From Utricularia gibba (Eukaryota > Plantae > Magnoliophyta), in assembly GCA_002189035.1 (NCBI GenBank), contig NEEC01000010.1, positions 2,046,001 through 2,110,000 on the forward strand: a stretch of DNA of 64,000 bases. Direction: 5' to 3'. The notes beneath the pieces are model-generated. The model was not told the DNA's origin. It saw nothing but the letters and a program-made list of their open reading frames with translations, and did not search any database. Made by a program: the position numbers and the translations under genes. This document shows positions 1 through 13,059 of this stretch, piece after piece. Position 1 is the first letter of the stretch; each line of letters starts with the position of its first letter.

Positions 1-2234
1 TGGCATCAAAGATTTGCCATGTTCCTGCTTTTCCAGTGCAAGTTCCAGGTTTACAATGACATGAGCTAGTGTTGGGCGTTTACTTGGCTCATCATGCAAA
101 CATTTCTCAACGATCCCAAGAAATACTGCCAGACTATCTGGTGATATTTCCTTTTTTATAGATTCATCAATAATCAAGTCACGTTCACCATTCCAGATTT
201 TATTCCGAGCCCAGACAATTAGACTGCGCCTATCCTCTGCTGCGAATGGCTCCACTGCTGGTCTGCCACAGAGTACCTCTAACAACACCACACCAAAGGA
301 GTAAGTGTCACTCTTGGCGGTGAATCTCTGAGTTATGATATAATTTGGGTCCAAGTAACCAGGTGAGCCCTTCACGTGTGTGCTTACTAGACTTTGCAGC
401 ACCTTCCCACTCTCCCATTTAGCTAAACCAAAATCTGAAACCTTTGCTACAAGCTTTTCACCAAGTAGAATATTTGAGGACTTTATATCACGGTGAATGA
501 TCTCATGTCCAGTGTGAAGATAGTCTAGCCCCCGAGCAGCTCCAATGCATATGCCCAGTCGTTGGATCCAGGAGAGAGAGGAGGCTTCTGCATTTTTCCT
601 AGAGAATTTATACAGATGATCAGCCAGCGATCCGCAAGGAATGTACTCATAGACAAGTATCATTTCACGATGCGCCTTGAAGTATCCAATGAGAGAAACC
701 AGGTTGAGATGCCGCAGATCAGAAAGAGCTTCAATCTCTGTCCAGAACTCACGCTTCCCTTGCTTGGAGTTTGCCTTCAATCGCTTAATGGCCACTGTCT
801 CCCTTCCATTGTCTATTGTCCCTTTGTAGACGTTGCCAAAGCCTCCCCTTCCAATCAGAAATCGGTCATGGAAGTCATCCGTACTAGATTTGATCTCATC
901 AAGTGAAAAAAGACGGCATAGCCTTTTAGCCCTTGCGGACGGCTTGTTTTCAGCCACATCTGTGAACTCAACTCCGAGGATCTTTCGCAGGAGGTGAGCA
1001 ATAACGTTGGCCAAACAAATCAAAATAACGATGACATTGGAAAATCCATTTCTACGACCAATAAGCAAGAAGAATGCATGCAGACCAATGAGTGGCGATG
1101 AATTTGGCACTGATGGCAAGATGGGATTTAGGCCTGCAAGACTGTTGTCGAAATTGCTGATCTTGAATATCTCAAATCCCTCAAAAAGATCATTTCCATC
1201 AGTGAATCCATATTCAGAATGGAAGGAAACAACAATGTCACGCTTGGCGTCCCGTTTTCGTCCACTCAGCACCACCATGTAGCTCTTTTGCCATAAGAAA
1301 CCTTCTTCTTTCCTCGACTTCAGAACGTCCTCGGCAGTGGCTGCGACTACCCCATCAATGACAACCGAGAAATCCTTTCCTCCGGCTTCTACAGTTTTGA
1401 GTCCAATCTCAGAGAAGTGAACCCTTACCATGTACCTAAATCCCACATCCACTGATGTCTTCCATGTCATGTTCTTCTCAATCGTTGATTTATCCTTCTG
1501 CTTCAAATTTCTTTTCCATGTGCGTGCAAGGTTTCCTACATCACCAACCAGGGTTGGAACTGAATCCAATTTCATGTCCACTCTTCGCACAATTTCTACA
1601 GCCACACCCCTATCGATATTCTGTCCAACTAGTGGAACCCCATTTGCTCCCCCTGACAGGACAGACCAGAAGGCAGTGAAACAATCTCAATGCCGTTTAC
1701 AAATGCATAAGCCTTGAATAATGGAGACGGTATCGGAGTAAAGATTATATCTAGCGGCTGATTTTCTTCAACCGTCAAGCAAAATTCCTTGACAACAGTA
1801 TCCAGCGCAAGTGCGCGGGCGGTGATGGAGGCACTGAAGTTATATAAAAGAGTGAAGGAACCAGCTTCAACACTGAATAAGTCGGTGATATCCTCGAATC
1901 CCTTACCAAAATGAAGACGGATGAACTTCTCGCCGGGATTGAGCCGAAATCCATACGAAAATTGCGCGCGAGAAACCCGAGCCGTGGAATACGGAACCAT
2001 ATCCGCATCGTTTTTGCACCTCATCGTCGTGGAAACGCCCTCAATGTTGAAATATTTGGAACGCAGGTCTCCCAGCCATTCCCTACCGTTGGGACCCCTG
2101 TGCGGGGTGAATGAACCGCAATTGATCGAAACGCGGTCCTCCGCGGCGGCCGTACTCGCGAGTACAATCGCGGCGCCGCCAAGAATGAGCATCAAGTGAC
2201 AACACACCTCGGAATTGCTCCCCCGCGTCCCCAT
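1..2234 (-). CDS. CrRLK1L/FERONIA-family malectin-like receptor kinase, copy 1 (3' end runs off the window; one frameshift at ~1650)
   Basis: Signal peptide, then malectin-like motifs ([36 protein letters not shown]), a TM segment and a kinase ([41 protein letters not shown]). Adding one G to the G-run at + strand ccccc ~1650-1654 joins ORF 1629..2234 to a frame that stays open to position 1. Confidence 0.92.
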
Positions 2235-2722
2235 AGTTCCTCTGGCAGGAACTCTCGAATAAGAAGAAGCGGTTGATGGCGCTCTTGCGAGCCAAAAATG
2301 AAGCGACAGTTGTGAGTTGACTCAAAGTCTTCGTGGGCGGGCCCCAAGCAAGAGACTGCGTCATATTATATGGTTATCTTTTTTGTTTGTTTCCTTTAGA
2401 TTGATTCCTGTAATTAAATCGTAATTCTCATATTTTTTTCATATACTATTTACGTATTTTAAAATTTAAAAGGACATCAAATATCAATTCTAATCATTTT
2501 TGTAAAGCATATGATTTTGATATAATTATTAATATTTTTAATTAATATACCCACATGGTGTCCAAATTACGAGTTGCGCCAAATATGTACCTGCCTACAA
2601 GACCTGGAGTCGTACTCCAAATCCCGACTGCCCGTTGACATGGTCAACTAATCGAACGTTTGAAAAATCAATTCATAATTAATTTTAGTAGAATTAAAAT
2701 TCTAATAAAATATAATTTATAC

Positions 2723-3097
2723 ATGTTTGGAATCTTATTTTAAAAAATAATTATTATAAAATTATTTAATGTTTGGAATAAAAAAATCAGAATTGATTTT
2801 TATGAGTAAATTAAATATTTATCCACATCTATTAGTAATCATAATCTTAACTAATATTATCAAATTAATATTTATTTTAAAAATGATATTAATTGTAATT
2901 CTTTATTAGCAAATGAGTATAATAGTAAATTTATTTATTAAAATTAATTCTTAAAAAAATTATGTATAATAACCTACGCATATTAGGTTATTATGTAAAA
3001 TCAATTTTCATAGAAGATAATTAGATACATATTTAAAAGATAGAATCAATTTTATGAAAATAGAATTGAATTTAATAAAATAGAATTAGCCAAACAT
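2723..3097. mobile_element. Possible degenerate Tourist/PIF-like MITE
   Basis: AT-rich ~375 bp block bounded by ATGTTTGG (2723) and CCAAACAT (3090-3097), with a second TGTTTGG at ~2770. No clear TSD. Confidence 0.3.
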
Positions 3098-3430
3098 TGT
3101 CTAATCGACACTTTTTGGGTTCTTTGGACCAAGTAAGAGCTTGTTTCATATTCTAAGGCATTTAGCTCTCTAAGAAAAAGATGATGTGGTTTAATTTTCA
3201 TGTTTATCATATTTAATTTCTAAATTTTAATGTACATCAAACAAAATTAATTCTAGATGTTTTATACCTTAAATAGTTCTCCTTTGTGGGGCATGTTATC
3301 TCGCACATCTAATTTGGATTCATTTATTATAATACATAGGAGTTAATGGTAGTTTTAAAATTTACCCATCTTTCATTTCCATCACACACACTAAAATAAA
3401 TGTATAATACATTTATTATACACTCAAGTA

Positions 3431-3827
3431 GTGTTTTGGAAAATTTTTATAATTTATTTTTACTTTTCAAAAGTAAAAATAATTTTGTTCTAAAACAATT
3501 TTAATTATAAAATTAATTTTATCAAAAATATTTTTAAAATTATAAATATAAAAGTTATTTTTGAAAAAGTAATGAATTGGTTACTCAAAAACTTAAATAG
3601 TATTCTGAAAAATTTTTTAAAACTGTTTTTATTTTTCAAAATTACTTTTAAAAAATAGAAATAAAAAGTAAAAGTAATCAATTCATTATTTTTTTAAAAA
3701 TAACTTTTATAGTTATAATTTTAAAAATATTTTTGATAAAATTAATTTTACAATTAAAATTATTTTAGAACAAAATTATTTTTATTTGTAAAAATTAGAA
3801 ATAAATTATAAAAATTTTTAAGAACAC
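3431..3827. mobile_element. Fold-back/MITE element with ~155-bp terminal inverted repeats
   Basis: 3431-3585 matches the reverse complement of 3673-3827 with about 14 mismatches by hand alignment (~90%), around an 87-bp spacer. No coding capacity and TSD uncertain. Confidence 0.85.
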
Positions 3828-3906
3828 TTATTTAAATTCATAGAATTTATTTTTCAAAAAAAAACCCAAGAGTCGGTATCAGAAACTCTCAACTCCAGCA
3901 AGATGG

Positions 3907-5988
3907 TCAACTCTCGACCGATTGGCGTTGCGTGGATCTGGATTCAAATAGCTCCCTATCTGAAATGGATCTGATCTCAACAAGAGACTCGAGGACTTGT
4001 TGCATTGAAGGCCTCTTTTCAGGGTCAGTTTGGAGGCATCTCCCAGAGAGACATGCCGTCCGGTGTGCCGCATTGGGCGTATAGTTGCCGTCCAACGCAG
4101 TATCCATGAATTCCTTCAACTTTGCTTTCTTGCGTAAGAGGGGCCGCGTCCATTCCACTAGATTAACTTTGCTGGGGTTCCGTTTGTCCAAAGGTCGGAA
4201 CCCAGTAAGCATTTCTAGCATCACCACTCCAAACCCATAGGCATCACTCTTCTTAGTTAGGTGACCTTGCCACGCAAGAACCAGGATCAAAGAAGATTAG
4301 CAAAAATGAAAAACTTTTGGCACTCCTCCCTTTTTCATTTCCAGTTCTATTTCCGGATGTGAAGGAGCATTCTTTTTTACCTGTCATAATGTACTCAGGA
4401 GCAGCATACCCAGATGTGCCCATAACCTAGTGCTTACGTGGCTGTGACCATCCATCGGACCAAGTCTCGCCAAACCAAAGTCACCAACCTTTGGGGTGAA
4501 CATCTGAGAGGCTCAAAAGGTAAGAGAAGATTTGCACAAAAGCAACGGCAAGAGTTCATAGCTGAAAGCTTAAATAATGTAACTCCCTGCTATGCGCCTG
4601 TGCAGATTTGAAGTAGAATAAATCGAATTCATGAGCTTGAATCATCATAGAACACAAAATCATTCGTCTCCATATCAACCATAACTCAGCTCGGATAGTG
4701 ATGATGTGAATCGTACCTTATCAAGCAATATGTTTGAGGTCTTCACATCCCTCAATATAATATTTATCGAGTGTAGGTACGCAACTGCTCGAGCAACTCC
4801 GGTTAGTATACTCAGCCTTGTATCCCAAGGAAGAGATGGAGCAACTGAATCCCCTGTCAAAAAAAAAAATGATGCAGCTTAATCAAAACTCATGCTTCAT
4901 GAAAGGGCGGTTGTTTAAGTGAAGAAAATAATTATTATTCACTCTTAAAAAGATGAACGTCCAAGCTTCCGTTGTCCATGAATTCATATACTAGTGATAA
5001 CTTCTCATCCTCCACGCAGTAGCCCAGTAGGTTGACAATATTAGGATGAAAGATCTTCGACAGTAATTGGACCTCGGACTACAAGTACCATCACAATTGA
5101 AACATTAAAATGGAAAAAACAACCCATCAGAAACAAGAAAAAAAAACATTTTCACTTCTAATGTACATCATAAACTTAAAGGAAAAAAATGGAGCTTTTT
5201 CTCAGTGTCCAGAATAAGTTTTTTTCCCACCAAGAACGCAAACCAACGACAAATGAGGAGAGGCAAAAATCAAATATGAGGGTCTGAAGAACCTAGCCCA
5301 GTTGGATGGCATCATTGTTAGTGATGGTTTGGAAATATACGGTTGCAGATGCACTTTGTGTATCGTGAAAGTACAGAAACAACAACACTATAGGAGGAAA
5401 GAATAGTGGAAGATTTTGATACGGGAGATGCTGATATCGTCTTCTGGAAAACCCAAAACACTGCACTATTTTGGATTCGACAAGAAGTCATGTGGGTTGT
5501 ATCCCCTTTTTTATTGTAACTTGGATCCCGTAAAAGGCCAAAAAAGAGATTTAAGGGGATTTGTAACTTGTATCCCCGATCGAACTCACAGGGAATTAGA
5601 TGTAACCCGAAGGAGCCAGGAGCCGACACTCGCCAGTGAAAAAAAAAAGAAAAAGCATTGAGATTTAAAATTACCTGCCACCGTTAATCCCTTCTGCTAC
5701 CGGAACTCAACATCTTAACAGCAACTGGGTAGCTACTTGGAATTCCACCACCAATATTTCCCTTCAGCCAACCTTTATACACTCTCCCAACCACCTCTCC
5801 TAGAAGAGTACTGAAGTTTCGCGTAGCCGCCGTCAGTTCTGAAAAGGAGAAGACCCTTCCACCGGGGGTTGAAGCCATATCCTGGAGTTCAAGTATTTTG
5901 TCGTCCAAAACACTAGCATTCTTAAAAGCAACTTTCCCTGACTGCGTGTTATTGGTGCTGAGACATATGCATTGTCAGTACAAAACAG
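3907..5988 (-). CDS. RLCK-VII-type (PBL-like) kinase module, 5 exons; probably the C-terminal second kinase of CrRLK1L copy 2
   Basis: Exons ~5988-5675 ([23 protein letters not shown]), ~5079-4941 ([32 protein letters not shown]), ~4857-4720 ([20 protein letters not shown]), ~4505-4381 ([21 protein letters not shown]) and ~4275-3907 ([16 protein letters not shown]). Several -1 lesions and an in-frame TGA at 5975-5977. Confidence 0.88.
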
Positions 5989-6120
5989 CTGAAGAGTAAA
6001 ATGATAACTAAACCTGAAAGCACAAATAATCTTCATGTTCTAAAATTACTGGTCTCCTTGAAAAAATAAGAATACAAAAACCGTGCAGGAGTGTAATATA
6101 TTATGGATAGGATTCAATAC

Positions 6121-8585
6121 CTGATTGTAAAACTTTGTCATTTCTCTTTGATGATTTTCTACTCTTCCATACCGAAGTAAAAGGCAAAACCGTGATACTT
6201 TGTGCAATGCGGTGTTGCTCCCATGTTTTTACCGTCTAATGACATTTGGGTACTGGACAGTTAGTCATCGGGGTCGTAGAATTTGGAAAACAATGGTGTG
6301 CGGTAGATGGTGGTAAAAAATCAGTTATGCTAGTTATCTCCTTCGGTACCAAAGATTTGCCTTGTTCCTGCTGTTCAAGAGCAAGCTCAAGGTTTATAAT
6401 GACTTGGCCTATTGTTGGGCGTTTCATTGGCTCATCATTCAAACATTTCTCTGTGATGCTAAAAATGTTCTTTGACTATCTCGCAGTAGCTCCCCTGATA
6501 TACTTGGATCAACGATTGATCAATTTCACCTTTCCTGATTTTATTTCGAGCCCAGATGGTTAAAGAGCGCTTCTCTTCAGCAGCCAATGGCTCCACTGCG
6601 GGTCTCCCACATAGTACTTCCAACAAAACAACACCAAAGGAGTAAGTGTCACTTTTCGTGGTGAGTTCATGAGTTATGCCATAATATGGGTCCAGGTACC
6701 CCGCTGTGCCCTTCGCATGTTCGCTTACTCTGCTTTGCAGACCTTTCCATTCTCCCATTTAGCCAAACCAAAATCTGAAACTTTAGCCAAAAGATGTTCA
6801 TCAAGTAGAATGTTTGAAGATTTTATATCACGGTGTATGATCCCATGTCCAGTGTGAAGATAATCTAACCCTCTGCAGCTCCAATGCATATTTTAAGCCT
6901 TTGAGTCCATGACAAAGTTAAAAAGGCTTCGTTCTTCTTAGCAAGTTTATACAAATGATCTGCCAGTGATCCACAAGACACGTGTTCGTAAACGAGGATC
7001 ATTTCATGTCTCTCCTTACAGTACCCAATCAGAGAGACCAGGTTAGAGTGCCGCAGCTCAGAAAGAGCTTCAATCTCTGTCCAGAACTCCCGCTTCCCTT
7101 GCCTGGAGCTCCCTTTTAATCTTTTAATGGCGACCGTCTCCCTACCATTGTCTATAGTCCCTTTGTAGACATTGCCAAATCCTCCCTTTCCAATCAGAAA
7201 TTGGAAGTCCTGTGTGGCAGCCTTGATCTCATTAAATGAAAAAAGACGGAATAGCCTTTTAGCCCTTGCAGATGGCCTGCTTTCCCCTACCTCTGCAAAC
7301 TCAACTCTAGTGATCCTTCGCAGGAGGTGTACAATTATGTTCACCACACAAATCACGGTTACGAACCCATTGGCAACAGAATTTCTTCGAGCTATAAACG
7401 AGAACAATGCATGTATATCATTCAGTGGCAGTGAATCCGAAACAATTGGCAAACTGGGATTTGGACCTGCTAGACTGTTTTCCAGGTTACTGATCTTGAA
7501 TATCTCAAATCCTTCAAACAAGCCATGTGCATCAGCGAATCCATCTTCCGCATGGAAATGGGTAACTATTTCAGGCTTATCCTTCCGTTTTTGTCCACTC
7601 ATCACCACCATGTAGTTCTTATGCCATAAGAAACCTTCTTCATTCCTTAAACGCAGTACATCAACAGTAGTAGCAGCGATCACCCCATTAATGAAAACCG
7701 CGAAATCCTTTCCCTTCGCTTCTGCAATTTTGAGTCCAATCTCACAGAAATGAATCCTTACCAAGTACTTAAATCCCACATCCACAGATGTCTTCCAGGA
7801 CATGTTCTTCTCAACCTGGAATCCTCCCTGGTACTTCCAACTTCTTTCCCAGACCCGAAAAATGGTTCCAACATCACCAATCATGTAGGTAATGGACCCA
7901 CTTTCATATCTACTCTTCGCACAATTTCTAGAGCCGTGTTTCTATCATTGTTCACCGTATCTTTCTGGCCATCAATTTGGACGGCAGTTGAGTCTCCGTG
8001 ACAGTAAGAAAGACCAGAAGACACTGACAGAATCTCGATACCGTTTACAAAAGCATACGCTCCAATGATGGAGTCTGAGTAGGAGTAAAAATTATATCAA
8101 GGGCTGATTCACTTCAACAGTCAACAAAATTCCTTGACAACAGCATCCAGAGCAAGCGCGCGGGCGGTAATCGAAGGGCTGAAGTTATGGAGAAGCGTGA
8201 AATGACCGGCTTCAACACTGAAGAAGTCAGTGAAGTACTCCAACCCCTTACTAAAATGAAGACGGATGAACTTCTCCCCGGGATTCAGCCGAAATGTATA
8301 CAAAAATTGCGATCGAGATACCCTAGCGGTGGAGTAGGTAACTAAATCAAGATCATTTTTACATCTCACCGTCGTAGACATGCCTTCAATCGTGAAAGAC
8401 TCCGGACGCGAATCTCCCAGCCATTCCCTACCGTTTGGAGCCGTGAACGGAGCGGATGAACCGCAGTTTATCGAAATCTGATCGTTCTCCGCCGCCGCCG
8501 TAGTTGCTAGTACGGAAACGACACCAAGAATCAACATCAGGTAACACAATCCACCACCTCGGCTCCCCAGCCGCCGCCGTTCCAT
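6121..8585 (-). CDS. CrRLK1L malectin-like receptor kinase, copy 2 (long first exon broken by about ten mostly -1 frameshifts)
   Basis: Colinear with copy 1. ORF pieces 8121..8585, 6865..7884, 6459..6758 and 6236..6442 encode the ectodomain, TM and kinase ([33 protein letters not shown]). The sequence continues to a CAG|GTATT donor at 6121/6120. Confidence 0.9.
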
Positions 8586-9621
8586 CGGATTCGGTGCTAT
8601 TCGATGACGAAATTCGAAAAAAAATCGCACAAAGATGCGGATGGAGTCATACCACAGATTCTGAGAAGCAGTTGACAAGTCCACACGCCGCACAGGCGCA
8701 ACGCAGATCGCGCCAAACCCCGTTTTGCTTTGTTGGACGGCCGAGAGTCAACTATCATTCTTGAGCTTTATAAATGAAGTAATTTCATAATGCTTGGTTT
8801 CTTGTGGATGTGAACCTTTGAGATTCAGCGGTGAGTACCTGGAAGGGTGTCTAGCTTTCTCCTACTTGAAGGAAGACGACTTTATATGAGATTATTTGTT
8901 TTTGTGTTGGATTTTGTGTGCGACCGACTTACGTATTAAGCTTTGGGTCTGAGATCGTGACTTTCTGTAATTATATAGAGCTGCAGAAGAGTATTTTACT
9001 TAGCTCAATAAAAACAAGTATGAAAAAGCAGAAAGATCTTAGACCATTTTATCTTTTTAATATTGATATTGACATTTCTTGAAATTAATTTATTAAGTTT
9101 TTTTATTAAATTTACTTTACGTTTGTATTTATTTTCAAAAATAATATTAAATAAATATTTTACATTATAAATCATTTCCAAAAGAAAATGACACATAATT
9201 ATTCCAAAAATAAATAAAGATGCTGTAAAAAAAGAAGATCAAATTAGATTCTGAATTGGTATTTTTGAAAACTAACCATCATAATATTTTCTTTTATACA
9301 TTGAGATAAAAATTTTACAGATAAAATGATTATTTTTCATACGTAATATAGGATTGTTACTTTTCAAAATCATTACTATCTCAATTTATGTGATAAAAAT
9401 GGCCATCATGGCTTGATTTAAACTTAAATGCAAAATTCAAAGGGTATTTTAGACTTTAGTCAAATGCAAGTTATAATTTTTTTTTTATAAATATTTATAT
9501 ATAAAATGACCCAACCAGAGGCCATCTTCATCTTCAGCACCCCAAAAACCCAATGGACAGCAGCCACCGTTGAAGGAAGAAAAAAGGTTTTTGTTCCTTT
9601 GGGCATTGCAAACAAAAGAAG

Positions 9622-12600
9622 ATGGGAACTTCAGCCAAAGCTTGAACTTCACTCTTCTTTCTTTTCCCAAACGTTTCTCTCTATTTGGCACTCTCCACTT
9701 CAGGCATACCCGTCTGTCGCCTCCGACGAATAAATTCAGAAGACTATGCACCGCGACCGCTGCCGTGGAGACCAATACTGTTGAAATCGAGTCCCTGCAA
9801 CCGTTGAAGCATTCCATTCTTTTGGAAAGACTCCGGCATAGGCATCTTAAGGAATCGAATCAGTCTTCGTCTTCCAGTGCTGCCACAGTTAGTACTGTGC
9901 CCAAGACTGTGAAGAATGTTGAAGGTGAGAGTTCGAAGAGGAAAAGGGTTGGTGGGGTGGAAATGGTTTCGAGCTTTGAGGAATTGGGTGTAAGTGAAGA
10001 GTTAATAGGTGCTCTTCAAGAGATGGGGATATCCGTTCCGACAGAAATTCAGTGTATTGGAATCAACGCCGTCCTGGGTGGAAGGAGTGTGGTTTTGGGA
10101 TCCCACACTGGCTCTGGCAAGACACTCGCATATCTTTTACCTCTTGTTCAGGTTTGTTCAATAATTACTTATTTTAAGGGTCTCTTAGATTAAGCTCTTT
10201 TGTCCCTGTTTTTGTGATTCATCATCTGGCTATTTTTTTTAATTCTTGTCAAGACATTGGAAGTATTGCAATTTATCTTCTATGCAGTGGAGCAAGAAGA
10301 TTTATATTTCTGTCCATTCAGCATGTGCATTGCTGGCTATGGAATTAACCACTAGAAATGTTTTCATTTGTTAGTTCAAATGTGTCATCTTTTTCCTTCT
10401 TGTTCGCAAGGAGTGATTGTATTTCAATTGGCTTATTAAAATTCAACCTCTTCAGTTCTAGCCATGTAAAAATTCCTCATTCCACATCATTCTTGTACCA
10501 AACCTTGTAGTTGCTGAGGAGGGACGAGGCACTGCATGGTATACTTATGAAACCTCGACGTCCTCGGGCTGTTGTACTGTGCCCCACTAGGGAGCTCTGT
10601 GAACAGGTTATTTTTGTTATTGAACATCTCATATGTATCATCTGTTTGTTCACTAAAGTCATTGTGTATGCGTAGGTTTTTCGTGTTGCTAAGGCCCTTA
10701 GTCACCATGCAAGGTTTAGATCAATAATGGTAAGCGGTGGTGGACGTTTAAGACCACAGGAAGACTCCTTGAACTCCCCAATAGACATGATTGTAGGGAC
10801 GCCAGGCCGAGTTCTGCAGCATATAGAAGAGGGGAACTTTGTTTACGGTGATATCAAGTACTTGGTAATCACATCGCTTGAGTTGTTATAATTCCATGAA
10901 ACAGCCCCTTTGCGTGTGTAGGTTTATCCTTCACAATTTCTAATGGTAAACTACATGGTAAAGGTTTTGGATGAGGCGGACACTATGTTTGATCACGGAT
11001 TCGGCCCCGATATCCGCAAGTTTCTGCAGCCCTTAAAATACCGTGCTTCAAAACCTGATGGTCTTGGATATCAAACTGTATTAGTCACTGCAACAATGAC
11101 CAAGGTATGCTTTGCTGTGTATATAGCCCTCATAAGCATGTCAGGATATCACTGCATTTTTACAGTGTTTTTTATGATCATCTCTGGACCGGCCAGAAGC
11201 ATTTTTCCATCCAGCCATGTTTCTTCTCACAGTCAAATCTTGTTTGTATCTTAGGCAGTGCAGAAACTGGTGGATGAGGAATTTCAAGGGATTGCTCATC
11301 TACGTACCACTTCTCTCCACAAGAAGATTTCTTCTGCTCGTCATGATTTTATTAAACTTTCGGGTTCAGAAAACAAGTTAGAATCGTTGTTGCAGGTCTG
11401 GTAAACATTTCTGCTTTTATCTGCGGTAACCTTATTTGGCAGCTCTTTATTCATGTTAGAATATGACTGTTGAGGAGGGTTTCCTTCGAGATTTTGAAGA
11501 ATCCATGTTTTAGAGCACAAACACTTTTTAGCAGTGGATGATCAATGTGGTTCGTTTTCCCTTTCGTGGAATGTGATGCAGTTATCTGATTACAGGTTCT
11601 TGAACCAAGTTTAGCAAAAGGGAACAGAGTGATGGTTTTCTGCAACACACTGAACTCCAGCCGAGCTGTTGATCACTTCTTACATGAGAATCAAGTCTCT
11701 ACAGTAAATTACCATGGAGAGGTTCCAGCTGAGCAAAGGTCAGCAACTCCCTTCTTTTTCTTCAGGATCCAAGTTGTCTTCTTCAGTCAGTTTCAAAGTT
11801 CATCATCTGCTTCTTGCATGCTTGCTGCATCAACAAACATTTGAGGCATTTATCGTACGCAGGGTGGAGAACCTTGAGAAATTCAAGAGCAACGATGGAG
11901 ATTGCCCGACATTAGTTTGCACAGACCTTGCAGCAAGGGGCTTGGATTTAGATGTTGATCATGTTGTCATGTTTGACTTTCCCTTAAACTCTGTAAGAAT
12001 TAAGATATGTGCTTTCCAGCGTCTGTTTCTGCTAAGAAGTGGTTTCATCTCTTTCCCTCTTGATTCTGTCAGATTGATTACCTTCATCGCACCGGAAGAA
12101 CCGCCCGAATGGGTGGGAAAGGTATGGATACAACCTGAAATACACTTGTTGAGGTCAAAGCTTGCTTATTTGCTTTTCCTTGTGCACTGTACTGAATCTC
12201 TGTTGCTCTCACTGTTTTTTCAATGAATAACAGGGAGAGTAACAAGTCTGGTTACTAGAAAGGATTCACTCTTGGCTTCCTGCATCGAGGAGGCCATGAT
12301 GAAAAACGAGAGCTTGGAGTCCATTTCTGTAGAGAGGGTGAAAAGGGATCTTGCTCGGTCGCAAGTGAATGTTCAGAAGGAGAAACATGAAAAGATGGTA
12401 AAACTTGCGAAGAAGGTGAAAGCCACTGTAGGATCAACCGTACCTCGTGACAAAGGTGTGGTTGCTAAGAAAGCCTCCATATCGAAGTCCAGCAAAGGGT
12501 CTGCTGTTGTCAAAGCTAACCAGAAGGCAAGTGGAAGAGCCATCATTTCCAAGAAACCTATGGTGTCAAAAGTTTCGAAAGCATCCATAGCTCCGAAAGC

Positions 12601-12781
12601 CGGCAAGAAGGTAGATACCAAAGTTGTCAAAGCAGGAAAGATGCCGGCCACCGGATTTTCGAGAGGTAAGCTCTCTGGTGGTAAAAGACAGTTGAGGAAT
12701 AAAGATTCAGGTGTTGCTAGAGCTACATCAAAAATAAGTGTTCCTGGATTCAGAGTTAGGAGTGCCATGAAAACTGGTTAA
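9622..12781 (+). CDS. RH39: DEAD-box RNA helicase 39, chloroplastic
   Basis: Transit-like N-terminus, [78 protein letters not shown] and a Lys-rich tail. ATG 9622 needs one added base to join the main frame. Confidence 0.93.
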
Positions 12782-13059
12782 CCGTTTTTGAATAGTACAG
12801 GTGCCTGATTTCAGGCATGTTTGCTTTCATTCTCTAAATCCTCTGCACAGATTTGCTGCTTCCTGTAACAACCAAACGAAGCAAGAGCGATGATTTGCTT
12901 GGTAGGGATGACAAACTTGGCTAGTTTCTGGAATAAAAAAAACTCACTGATGTATAAGAAGAGTTCATAACCAGCTTCAGGACAATCTACTTTGTGGTTC
13001 TTCTTTCGACACACCCGGCATTGTGCTGAGATGCTTAAAATCTGAGAAAACACAGGATG

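Noticed and set aside
562-1717. Plus-strand ORFs opposite the receptor kinase, and similar antisense ORFs over CAT, mTERF, GAPB and U2AF35
   Set aside because: These are shadow frames of real genes with no motifs. Many use TTG/GTG starts, which are not expected for plant nuclear genes.
5775-5800. Second kinase as a pseudokinase because its G-loop reads GEVVGRV
   Set aside because: GGAGAGGTGGTTGGGAGAGTG becomes GEGGFGRV if one G and two T are restored in short runs, matching the window-wide deletion pattern. The VAVK, RD, DFG and APE motifs are present.
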